A stretch of DNA of 64,000 bases from Heterodontus francisci (taxonomy: Eukaryota), in assembly GCF_036365525.1 (NCBI RefSeq), contig NW_027141174.1, forward strand, positions 7,440,001-7,504,000, given 5' to 3'. The notes below the pieces were generated by a model. That model searched no databases. It saw only the letters and a program-made list of their open reading frames with translations, and was not told the origin of the DNA. Both the position numbers and the translations under genes were made by a program. The first letter of the stretch is position 1, and each line of letters begins with the position of its first letter. Shown here one piece after another: positions 12,262 to 23,700 of this stretch.

Positions 12262-15200
12262 CTTGCTTTTGACCAGTGGATACGGACACTGAAGATACAG
12301 CCCACATATGCAAACCTCAAAGAGTTGATCCTTCTCGCGGAGTTCAAAAACATCCTCCCCCTCCCACTAAAACCCACATAAAGGAACAAAAGTTTCAAAG
12401 AGCCAGGCTGGTTATAATTCTGGCTGATGAATTTTCCCTTGTGCACAAGGCCTTAACCCCAAAGGGGAAACCTTCCCTGATGACCCCCAAACACCCAAGC
12501 ATAGAAGGTGGGAATGTGATAGGAGCATGAACAGACATGGGCAAGAAGGAAAATCGAGACACAGAAGGGCCCATCATCAGGGTAAATAGGACGGTACTGA
12601 GAGCAGGAGTAGTGGCCAAAGACCTGTGTGCTTCCACTTTAAAAAGGCAGATCACTGTCGAGCTGACTGCTGGAATTTACAGGGAATAATCAAGGTCCAC
12701 CAGACCAGTTCTGGATAATAGGCCCTGATGGAAAGCACCACAGATCAGGCTGTGGCTTTAACTGCGGCAGTCAGGCACAGTAAGCCTGATGAGCATACGG
12801 GAAATCTTAACAAAATCCTTGAGAGTTACCAGGACTTTGTATCCCTAATAAATGTGACGCCATACCCCTCGACTGAGGCTAGCAAGCCCATAGCCATAGT
12901 TAAGGATACAGGGGTCACCCAATCTCTTCTGCTGGAAAAAGGCACGACCTTTCTCCCAGGGAGTTCAATGAATGCTAGAGTTTTAGTGAATAGTATTGGA
13001 AGATGATGCATTCCCACACCTTTATATCAGGTGTATGAGTGCGACCTATTTTCAGGACTGGTAACCATGGGGATTGTCCCTAGCTTACAAGTGGATGGGT
13101 CGACCTGCTCCTGGGTAATATTCTTGTCGGAGAAAAGATGTCAGCTTCCCCAGTAGTTCTATAGAATCCAAAAGAGGTCAGGGAGACAATGCAGTGACTG
13201 GAGAAGTTCCCTGGCATTCTCTCTGATTGTATGGTGACTCGGACCATGACCAAACAATCCCCTGAACTGATATTGCAGATGGATGACCCTACTGTCTCGC
13301 TGTCTGAAACCTTCTTTGGGAAGGTCGATTATCCAAAGGATGGCTTAAAAAGATCTTCCTTAGCTGATGCACAAAAAGACGACCCAGTGTTAAAAGAAAA
13401 TATCACAGACCATCCAAACCAAAACTGAAGCAGAAGGAGTTCCAGAGTGTTAGTATTTAAAAAATGAGGTGCTGATGAGGAAGTGGTAACCTTTTCACAG
13501 ACCTGCGGATGAAGAGTGGACAGTGGTTCGCCAGATAGTGGTGGTGTTGAGCTACCGTAAAGAAATATTAGGAATGGCCCATAAACTTCTAATGGCTGTA
13601 CATGTCAGTGTACGAAAAACCCAAGCCCACATAAGACAGCATTTTGACTGGCCAAAACTCCAGAAAGATGTGTTGGAGTTCTGTAAAACAGGTCACATGT
13701 GTCTGGTTGTGGGGAAGCCCCAACCTGCAATAAAACCTGCACCCAATATTCCCGTATAAGCTTTTGGGGAACCCTTCAGCAGAGAGCTGGTGGATTGTGT
13801 GGGACCCCTGGCACAAGCAAAAGGGGACGAGCAGTATCTTCTCACCATTATGGATGTCGTGACCTGATTCCCACAGGCAATTTCCCCAAAGGACTATGTC
13901 TGCCAAGGTAGCGGTGGAGGGCCTAAGCCAATTCATTACCCGATATGGGCTGCCTGCCGAGATTCAGATGAATCAGGGCACACATTTTATGCCCAGTACT
14001 TATCAAAGGTTCATGGATATTCTGGGCAAAACCCAGCTGAAGTCCTCAGCCACCCATACAGCGTCACATGGGACTATGTGATGAGTAACCCCATGACGGG
14101 GACAAAGGGCTGGAATTTCTCCTGCTGACTACCAGGGACTTATCCAATGAATACACTGGCTTTAGTCCCGTTGAATTAGTTTACGAACACGAGGTGAAAG
14201 GTCCTCTTAAACTAATAAAGGATAAGTTTTTTTGGGGGGACACAGCGATGAGTGTTCCATGTTAGACTACATTTCCATACTCAGGGAGCGGCTCACGAGA
14301 GCCTGTGCAATGGCTCAGAAACACCTGAAGACCTCCCAGGCAGCTATGAAAAGGTAAGCACAGAAAAATGCCAAAGCCAGAACATTTCAGCCCAGAGACC
14401 ATGTATTGTTACAAGTCGCAATGCATGGTGAACTCCTGAAAGCCCGATTCAGTGGTCCATATTGAGTGGCAAAATAAACAGCCAGGTCAATTATTTAATT
14501 GATATCCCAGACCAAAGGAAATAAGTGAAGGCAGTGGAGGGGATATGCAAACACAGGTCTGACAGACAGTCAGGAGGGAAGGATTGAAAAGGACAGTGAG
14601 GACAGGTTAGAGGAGGGCGAGGAGGTTTCTCAACTGCAGCCCCATCTTCTCCGCTTATCCAACCCTAAAATGTTAGAAACATTAGACGCCACCCTCTCCG
14701 TCTTAAATGCAGGCCAAAGAGGCACCCTACAAAGGCTGCTCGCAGCCTTGACAGAAAGCTGCAAGGACAAGGACATTTCCCAAAAAGGCAATCCATGGTG
14801 AGGGAGATGCCTCCCATAGTCGAAGTGTCACAGGGGATTGCAGTGACACATGGACAGACAGTTGCACACACTAATGACCCATAGGGCACAGAAAAGATTA
14901 GAAACAAATATCCTGCCTACAGTAAAGGGAAACGTGAAGGGAAAATGCCCTTAGGTCGACAGCACTTCTGTACCTCAGCAGAAAGCTAAAAGTAAGGTCA
15001 GTGTGGATGTGCCCACTGAAGAACGCAATGATCAGTTCCCAAAGCTCATCAAACCCAGCAATTTCAAAGCAGAACTCAGCAAGAACAAATGCCCAGAGGA
15101 AATCTCAGACACCTCACAAGGGCTAAATTTATACAAGGAACAGGAACCTAGTTAAAGTAGCATTGCAGAACAGAAAAAAAAATAAAACAATTTAATTGCT

Positions 15201-15429
15201 GATGCATTGTCCAGGGTCATACCCGAAACATACCCATCCCAGACAAAACTCCAAAAAAATTAACACAATTGTTACAGACAATGCCAGCTTAATTAAACTT
15301 AATTCTAAGTTTAATGTGTGAATTTGAGAAGGGATTATTGAGAATGAATGTGTGTTTCCTTCTATTTCTTTCCACAATACTGCAATAAATTGTTCTTCTT
15401 AACACATTTATTTCCATGTGCTGCGACGG

Positions 15430-16501
15430 TGTCAAGATAACACGATGTGCCAAATGAAGAACTTAAATTAGTCAATTGGAAACTTACAGTAAACTTTTGA
15501 TGGAAAAAAATCCCACAGTTAACCTTGAAAAATTCGCAGCCAAGATGGCCACCGCAATTGGCATTTGAAAAACCTTTTCACGTTCCAAGGCCTCCAACAG
15601 GAGACACATGTTTGATGATCCTGGACACAAATCATTGACTTGCTCAAGTAGCTGAATTACCTAAAATTAGATTTATTGACACGGCATAAAAGACCATCCT
15701 GGCACATGATTTTGAAAGAGCAAACTCCTACAACTGTAAATACTGGTATCCTGAGGCCTGGGGAGACAAAAGTTTCTGACATTGAATCTCACTATAAGGG
15801 ACCACTGAGGCAATCATGAAACCTTCTCTCCATCTCTGTGAAAGCTGGGAGTTTCCCTGGACAACGACAGGCAAGCCACTGACTCAAACTGTGCAGAAGT
15901 AGAAGGGTTCCCCTTCACCCTGCCTCTCTCTCTCTCCAGATAATATCACAAGTTTGAAAACCACTTGCGACTGTGGGCCCTCCAAGAATACAGATTGCTC
16001 CAGACAGAGACCCTAGGGGAACAACATCACCGACAAGTCTTCCTCCAAGAAAACCCTGAGCGGGCCAGGCACAAGGGGCACTTCGAACAACCAAAGACTT
16101 CAAGCATTCAACTTCAGCTGGGAGACCTCACAGCATCCAACCTCACCGAATGAGTATTTTTTCTTATTTATTCTGGACTCCAATCCAAACACACATTAAC
16201 TTCTCACTCTATAATCTATTTTTGTGTGATTCTCGTGTGAGTGTGTGTGTAAATGCGCGGTGTATTTTTTCTATTATTTTATTTAGATCGGGTTTAGATT
16301 GTTACGTGCAATAAACACACATCTTTCGTGTTTAAACTCAAGAGAACCTGTCCGATTAGTTCCTTCACCATCACACAAAAGGTAAAATACTCAATGTGTC
16401 GGTAAGCACATCCACTCTTTAAAAAGGAAAAACACTGTTGCAGTCAAACAACAGGAAGGAGAAGAAGAACGGCTGTGACTCCTCCTCACCTGGCCATAAC
16501 A
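15430..16501 (+). mobile_element. 3' LTR of gypsy element 1
   Basis: TGTCAAG...CATAACA termini; AATAAA near 16310. The end CCTCCTCACCTGGCCATAACA parallels the LTR ending at 44849. Confidence 0.7.
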
Positions 16502-16752
16502 ATAGGCATGGTTGGGATGGAGATACTATGGGAATGAACTTAGCTCAGCATTGCATTGATACCAGAGGTTGTAAATTTCCTGTTTCAGCCTCAGTCAATG
16601 CCCAGTGAGGGGGATGCAGATCGTGGAAATAGAATAGAGTTTGTGCAGGAAACGGAAGACAATGGCTTCAGTCATCTCATGATTTAATTAACAAGAACAA
16701 AAAATCAGTGAAATATGGCTTATGAATCTAATAGTTGGATACCGAGACTTAC

Positions 16753-17041
16753 CAGGAACACCACTGATAGCAAGGATGGGACAGTAAATAAATTGAGTCA
16801 TTCTCAGAGCATAATAGATCCGCCGCTCTAATGTTATCCAAAAATAATCTGCCGTAATCAGGCCAAACAAAGTGGAGAAACCCCTGCTGTCCATTGTTGT
16901 GACATTCCAATCTATTGTTCTCAGATTCTGACCCATTGGTGTAACATTCCAATCTATTGTTCTCAGATTCTGACCCATTGGTGTAACATTCCAATCTATT
17001 GTTCTCAGATTCTGACCCATTGGTGTAACATTCCAATCCAT
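16753..17041 (-). CDS. Exon 1 of a second GPR139-like orphan GPCR (96 codons + 1 nt); exon 2 not in window
   Basis: MDWNVTP(MGQNLRTIDWNVTP)n..MDSRG..RMTQFIYCPILAISGVP ends at a phase-1 donor CCTG|GTAAGT. This parallels LYYLILAGIGVP-G|GTAAGA at 52211. The start ATG is inferred. Confidence 0.8.
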
Positions 17042-17057
17042 TGTTCTCCGATTCTGA
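16891..17057 (-). repeat. 42-bp coding tandem repeat x4 (dimer of a 21-bp subunit)
   Basis: Units start at 16891, 16933, 16975 and 17017 and are nearly identical; they encode MGQNLRTIDWNVTP. Confidence 0.95.
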
Positions 17058-17150
17058 TCTTTGCTCTCCCTCTCTCTGGAGCCGCTGATCCCTGTTAGTT
17101 CCGGAGGTGATGCTCCCGTTGATACCATGGAATAGCACATCGAAAGGAGA

Positions 17151-17163
17151 CCCTTATAAATAA
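17151..17163 (-). promoter_or_regulatory. Candidate TATA box for the second GPCR gene
   Basis: TATTTATAAGGG on the minus strand, ~115 bp upstream of the proposed ATG at 17041. Confidence 0.4.
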
Positions 17164-17414
17164 AAGATGAAAACCCTCCAGTGACACAATTAGGGTCCAT
17201 GGAGACTGACATTCAGTACAGTCACTGTCCAAACAGGTTCAGTTAACATCTTTCAAACTAAAACTTCTGCACTGCCACAAAGTTGAACATTTACCTGGTC
17301 TGGATGGAATGGATGAGGGCGGTTGAGGGATAGTATAGTAGAAATAGCAGAATCTTTCAGTCATCCTTGGATATGAGAGTGACAGAAGATGGAAACCCTG
17401 AAGTGACACAAAAT

Positions 17415-20400
17415 GTTCACTATTTTTTTAACGAAAGGAAAACTGCTGTGCTAACCTGGGCTGGCCTACATGTGACTCCAGACATGCAACAATGTGTTTG
17501 ACGTGCACATGCCCTTTGAAATGGCCTAGAAAGCCACTCAGTTGTAGCTAACTGCTACAAAGTCAACAAAATGCAATAGAAACCAGAGGGATCACCCGGC
17601 CTCGGCACCAGAAACCACAACGCAAACCCAGCCCTATTGACCCTGCAAAGTCTTCCTTCCTAACATAAGAGGGCTTGTGCCAACGTTGGGAGATCTGTCC
17701 AACAGACTGGTCAAGCAACAGCCTAATAAGGGCAAAATGTCCCTGAAACTGCCATCACTATCCCCGGGAATGTCCTGACCGACCGGCAGGACAGACCCAG
17801 CAGAGATAGCGGCACAGTGCTCTACAGTCGCGAGGGAGTTGGCCTGGGAGTCCTCGACATCGACTCCGGACCCCATTAAGTCTCATGGCATCAGGTCAAA
17901 CATATGCAAGATAAACTCCTGCTAATTACCAGCTGACACTCTCCCTCAGCTGAAGAATCAGTACTCCTCCATGTTGAACACCACTTGGAGGAAGCACTGA
18001 GGTGGCAAGTGTGCAGAATGTACTGTGGGTGGGGGACTTCAATGTCCACCACCAAGAGTGGCTCGGTAGCAGCACTACTTATTCCTAAAGGAATAGCTGC
18101 TAGACTGGGTCTGTGGCAGCTGGTGAGGGAACAACGAAGAGGGCAAAACATACTTGAACTCATCCTCACCAATCTACCTGCTGCAGATGCATCTGTCCCT
18201 GACAGTATTATTAGCAGTGACCACCGCACAGTCCTTGTGGAGCCTCTACATTGAGGATACCATCCATCGTGTTGTGTGGCACTATCACCGTGCTAAATGG
18301 GATAGATTTCGAACAGATCTAGCAATGAATATGTGAGCATCCATGGAGCGCTGTGGGCCATCAGCAGCAACAGAATTGTACTCAACCACAATCTATAACC
18401 TCATGGGCCGGCATATCCCTAAGTCTAATATTACCATCTAGCAGAAAACCAACCCTGGTCCAATGAAGAGCGCAGGAGGGCATGCCAGGAGCAGCACCAG
18501 GCATACCTCAAAATGAGGTGTCAACCTGGTGAAGCGACAAGCCAAGAATACTTGTGTGCCAAACTGTGCAAGCAACATGCGACAGATAAAGGCAAGTGAT
18601 CCCATAACGAACGGATCAGATCTAAGCTCTGTAGTCCTGTCACATCCAGCCGTGAATGGTGGTGGACAGTTAAATAACTAAATGGAGGATTTGGCTTCAC
18701 ATTTGGCTTCACATCCCATGCTCAATGACGGGGGAGCCCAGTACAACAGTGCAGACGATAAGACGGAAGCATTTGCAACAATATTCAGCCAGAAGTGTCG
18801 AGTTGATGAACCATCTGGGCCTCCACCTGAAGTCCCCGGCATCTCAGATGCCAGTCTACAGCAAATTTGATTCACTATTCGTGATATCGACAAATGACTG
18901 AGGGCACTGGATATTGTAAAGGCTATGGGCCGTGACAATATTCTCGCAATAGTACTGAAGGCCTGTGCTCCAGAACGTTCTGCGCCCCTATCCAAGCTGT
19001 TGCAGTACTGCTACAACACCGGTATCTACCCGACAATGAGGAAAATTGCCCAGGTATGCCCTGTGCACAAAAAGCAGGACCCAGCCAGTTACCGCCCAAT
19101 CGGTCTACTCTCAATCATCAGTAAAGTGATGAAAGGTGTCGTTGACAGTGCTGTCAAGCGGCACTTGCTGAGCAGTAAGCTGCTCAATGACGCTCTGTTT
19201 GGGTTCCGCCAGGGCCACTCAGCTCCTGCCCTCATTACAACTTTGGTGCAAACATGGTCTAAAGTGCTGGACTCAAGAGATGAGGTGAGAGTGACTGCCC
19301 TTGACATCAAGACAGCATTTGACTGAGTACAGCATCAAGGAGCCCGAGCAAAACTCAAGTCAATGGGAATCAGGGGGGAAAATGCTCCGCGGGTTGGAGT
19401 CATACCTAGCCCAAAGGAATATGATTGTGGTTCCTGGAGGTCAATCACCTCAGCTCCAGGTCATTTCTGCAGGAGTTCATCCGGCTAGTGTCCGAGGCCC
19501 AACCATCTTCAGCTGCTTCATCAATGACCATCATCCAATAGGTCCGAATTGGGGTTGGTCACTGATGATTTCCCCATGTTCAGCACCATTTGTGACTTCT
19601 CAGATACTGAAGCAGACCATGTAGAAATGCGGCAAGATCTGGATAACATCCAGGTTTGGGCTGATAAGTGGCAAGTAATGTACGTGCCATATAAGTGCCA
19701 GGAATGACTATCTCCAACACAAGAGAATCTAACCATCTCCCCTTGACCTTCAATGTCATTATCATAGCTGAATTCCGCCCTTTCAACATCCTGGGGGTTA
19801 CTAATGACCAGAAAGTGAACGAGAGTAGGAATATAGATACCGTGGCAGAAAGAGCAGGTCAGTAGCTAGGAATCCTACGGTGAATAACTCACCTCCTGAC
19901 TCCCCACAGCCTTTCCACCATCGGCAAGACACAAGTCAGGAGTATGAGGAATTCTCTCCACTTACCTGGATGGCTGCAGCTCCAACAACACTCAAGAAGC
20001 TCGACACCATCCAGGACAAAGAAGCCCGCTTGATTGGCATCCATCGACAAACATTCACTCCCTCCACCACCGACGCACAGTGGCAGCAGTGTGTACCATC
20101 TACAAGATGCACTGCAGCAACGCACCAAGGCCCCATACACATCTCCTTCCAAAGCCGCCAACTCTACCATCTAAAATCACAAGGGCAGCAGATGCATGGA
20201 AAAATCACCAGCTGCAAGTTGCCCTCCAAGGCACAAACCACCCTGACCTGGAACTATATCATCTTTCCGTCACTGTCGCTGGGTCAAACTAATGGAACTC
20301 TATTCTTAATAGCAATGTGGTTGTCCTTACCCCACATAGACTGCAGCAGTTCGAGAAAGCAGCTCACCACCACCTTCTCAAGGACAATTAGGGATAGTCA

Positions 20401-20445
20401 ACAAATGCTATCCTAGCCAGCGATACCCACATCCCATGAATGAAT
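17415..20445 (+). mobile_element. CR1/L2-group LINE (EN-RT, no visible ORF1), decayed, with SINE-like 5' block
   Basis: APE segments (TNIRGL-like start, NILELILTN, ISSDHRTV); RT FGFRQGHSA..ALDIKTAFD; tail CCCACATCCCATGAATGAAT. Confidence 0.85.
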
Positions 20446-20449
20446 ATAA

Positions 20450-20720
20450 CAATAATGATGCCAGAGGACTGGAGCGCTGTAAATGCTACACCCTGCTTAA
20501 AAAAGAAGAGGTTGGATAAACGCTGTAACTATCTGTCTAATGATGGTGGTTGGAAGCCTCCAGAGGCCATAACGCAGCATAAAAATATTTCTTCTTGTAA
20601 AAACATGAGTGAATAAATGAAAAGCAGCACGGATAGTTCAATGGAAAATCATATCTGATAATCATGATAGAATTCATTGTGGATGTAACTGTGAGTGTTA
20701 ATGAGGATAGCCTTTTTCGT
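20450..20720 (+). mobile_element. Old CR1 RT fragment
   Basis: MPEDWSAVNATPCLKK..KQHG remnants. Confidence 0.55.
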
Positions 20721-20726
20721 GTTCCT

Positions 20727-23700
20727 GAATCATAAAATCATAGAACGTTTAAGGCACTGAAAGAGCTCACTTGGCCCATTGTGTCTGTGCCAGCCGGAAA
20801 ACGATACACCTTTTCTCATCCCATCTTCCAGCATTTGGAAGTCCTGCAGATTACCGCAATTGAGGTGTACATCCAGACTTCTTTTGAATGAGTAGAGGGT
20901 TTCTGCATCAACCATACTTTCGGGCAGCAAGTTCCAGACCCCCACAAATTCCAGGGGACGCAGAACTGAGCCCTGCAGAACGCCACGGGAAGCAGTCCTC
21001 CAGTCGCTAAAATACTCGTCAACAATTGCACTTTGTTCCTGCCCCTGAGCCAGTTTTGTATTTCTGGGTGCACAATTGTTTCCTCAACCAATCACTTTAA
21101 ATTTATCCCCCCTGGTCACTGAACCCTCTGCTAAGGTGAATAGACTCTTCATCTCCACTCCATCTAAGCCCCTCAAGATTTTATAGATTTCAATCAGATC
21201 TCCCCTCAGCCTTATCTGCTCCAAGGAGAACAACCTCAGCCTATCCAATCCATCCTCATAGCTGCATTTTTTTCAGTCCTGGCAACATCCACGTAATTCT
21301 CCTCTGCAACCTCTCTAGTGAAATCATGTCCTTTCTGAAATAAGGTGACCAGAACTGCACACAGTACTCAAGTTGTGGCCTAACCAATGATTTATACAAT
21401 TCCAGCGTAACCTCCCTGCTCTTATGTTCTATGCCTCGGCTGGTATGGGAAAGGACTCTATATGCCTTCTTAACCACATTGTCGGCCTGTCCTGCAACCT
21501 TCAGGGATCTGTGGATATTCACTCCAAGGTCCCTTACTTCCTCGACAATTTTCAGCATTTTTCCAGTAATCGTGTATTCTTGTGTCTTGTTTGACCTCCC
21601 CAATTGCTTCAACTCACACTTTTCCAAGTTGAATGCCATTTGCCACTTTTCTGCCCATCTGACCAGACTGTTAACGTCTTCCTGCAGCCAACAGCTGTCA
21701 AATAAAGAACAAAGAACAAAGAACAGTACAGCACAGGAACAGGTCATTCGGCCCTCCAAGCCTGCGCAGTTCTTGATGCCTGCCTATACTAACACCTTCT
21801 GCATTTCCGGGGCCCATGTCCCTCTATTCCCTTCCGATTCATATATTTGTCAAGATGTCTTTTAAACGTCGCTATCGTATCTGCTTCCACCACCTCCCCT
21901 GGCAGCAAGTTCCAGGCACTCACCACCCTCTGTGTAAAGAACTTGCCTCGCACATCCCCTCTAAACTTTGCCCCTCGCACCTTAAACCTATGTCCCCTAG
22001 TAACTGACTCTTCCACCCTGGGAAAAAGCTTCTGAATATCCACTCTGTCCACACCGCTCACTAAATTGTAAACCTCTATCATGTCGTCCCTCCACCTCCG
22101 TCGTTCCAGTGAAAACAATCCGAATTTTCCAACCTCTCCTCCTAGATAATGCCCTCCAGACTCGGCAGCATCCTGGTAAACCTCCTCTCTACCCTCTCCA
22201 AAGCCTCCACATGCTTCTGGTAGTGTGGCGAACAGAATTGCACGCAATATTCTTAGTGTGGCCTAACTAAGATTCTGTACAGCTGCAACATGACTTGCCA
22301 ATTTTTATACTCTATGCCCCGACCGATGAAGGCAAGCATGCCGTATGCCTTCTTGACTACTTTATCCACCTGCGCTGCCACTTTCAGTGACCTGTGGACC
22401 TGTACGCCCAGATCTCTCTGTCTGTCAATACCCCTAAGCGTACTGCCATTTACTGTATACCTCCCACCTGCATTAGACCTTCCAAAATGCATTACTTCAC
22501 ATTTTTCCGGATTAAACTCCATCTGCCATTTCTCCCCCCAAGTCTCCAACCGATCTCTATCCTGCTGTATCCTCTGACAATCCTCATCATTATCCGCAAC
22601 TCCAACCTTTGCGTTGTCCGCAAACCTACTAATCAGACCAGCTACATTTTCCTCCAAATCATTTATATATACTGCAAACAGCAAAGGTCCCATCACTGAT
22701 CCCTGCGGAACACCATTAGTCACATCCCTCCATTCAGAAAAACACCCATCCACTGATACCCTCTGTCTTCTATGACCGAGCCAGTTCTGTATCCATCTTG
22801 CCAGCTCACCTCTGATCCCGTGTGACTTCACCTTTTGCACCATTCTGCCATGAGGGACCTTGTCAAAGGCTTTACTAAATTCCATATAGATAACATCCGC
22901 TGCCCTTCCTTCATCAATCATCTTCGTCACTTCCTCAAAAGACTCAATCAAGTTAGTAAGACACGACCTCCCCTTCAAAAAACCATGCTGTCTCTCGCTA
23001 ATAAGTTTGTTTGTTTCCAAATGGGAGTAAATCCTGTCCCCAATAATCCTCTCTGATAGTTTCCCTACCATTGACGTAAGGTTCACCGGCCTATAATTTC
23101 CTGGATTATCCTTGCCACCCTTCTTAACAAAGGCACAACATTGGCTATTCTCCAGTCCTCTGGGACCTCACCTGTAGCCAATGAGGATGCAAAAATTTCT
23201 TTCAAGGCCCCAGCAATTTCTTCCCTTGCCTCCCTCAGTATTCTAGGGTAGATCCCATCAGGCCCTGTGGACGTATCTTCCTTAATGCTTTGCAAGACAC
23301 CCAACACGTCCTCCTTTTTGATAATGAGATGACTGAGACTATCTGCACTCCCTTCCCTCGGCTCATCATCCACCAAGTCCTTCTCTTTGGTGAATACTGA
23401 TGCAAAGTACTCATTTAGGACCTCGTCCATTTCCTCTGGCTCCACACATAGATTCCCATCTCTTCCCTTGAGTGGGCCAACCCTTTCCCTGGTTACCCTC
23501 TTGCTCTTTATATATGTATAAAAAGCCTTGGGATTTTCCTTAATCCTGTTTGCCAATGACTTTTCATGACCCCTTTTAGCCCTCCTAACTCCTTGCATAA
23601 ATTCCTTCCCACTGTCTTTACATTCCTCAAGGGCTTCATCTGTTCCTAGCCTTCCAGCCCTTAAAAATGATTCCTTTTTCTTTTTGTCTATGCTCACAAT

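Larger units (their letters stand above)
8990..16501 (+). mobile_element. Gmr1-like Ty3/gypsy LTR retrotransposon, decayed (gag-PR-INT, RT deleted, 3' LTR)
   Basis: Gag IPKLTEEDVAEFYVTFEKLA; EFERVKQ (9720) continues as LAFDQWIR..LKELILLAEFKN (12262). Protease KDTGVTQSLL (~12900); integrase HHCC-like region and core 13520-14470; RNaseH end NLIADALSR (~15190); LTR. Confidence 0.85.

Noticed and set aside
16688-17212. 174-aa and 129-aa ORFs as standalone repeat proteins
   Set aside because: Better explained as a GPCR exon 1 read through its splice donor. The second frame is open only because the 42-bp unit is a multiple of 3.
5424-23665. Segmental duplication between 5424-7385 and 21700-23665
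   Set aside because: Similarity is limited to the CR1 body. Truncation points and flanks differ, so these are independent insertions.
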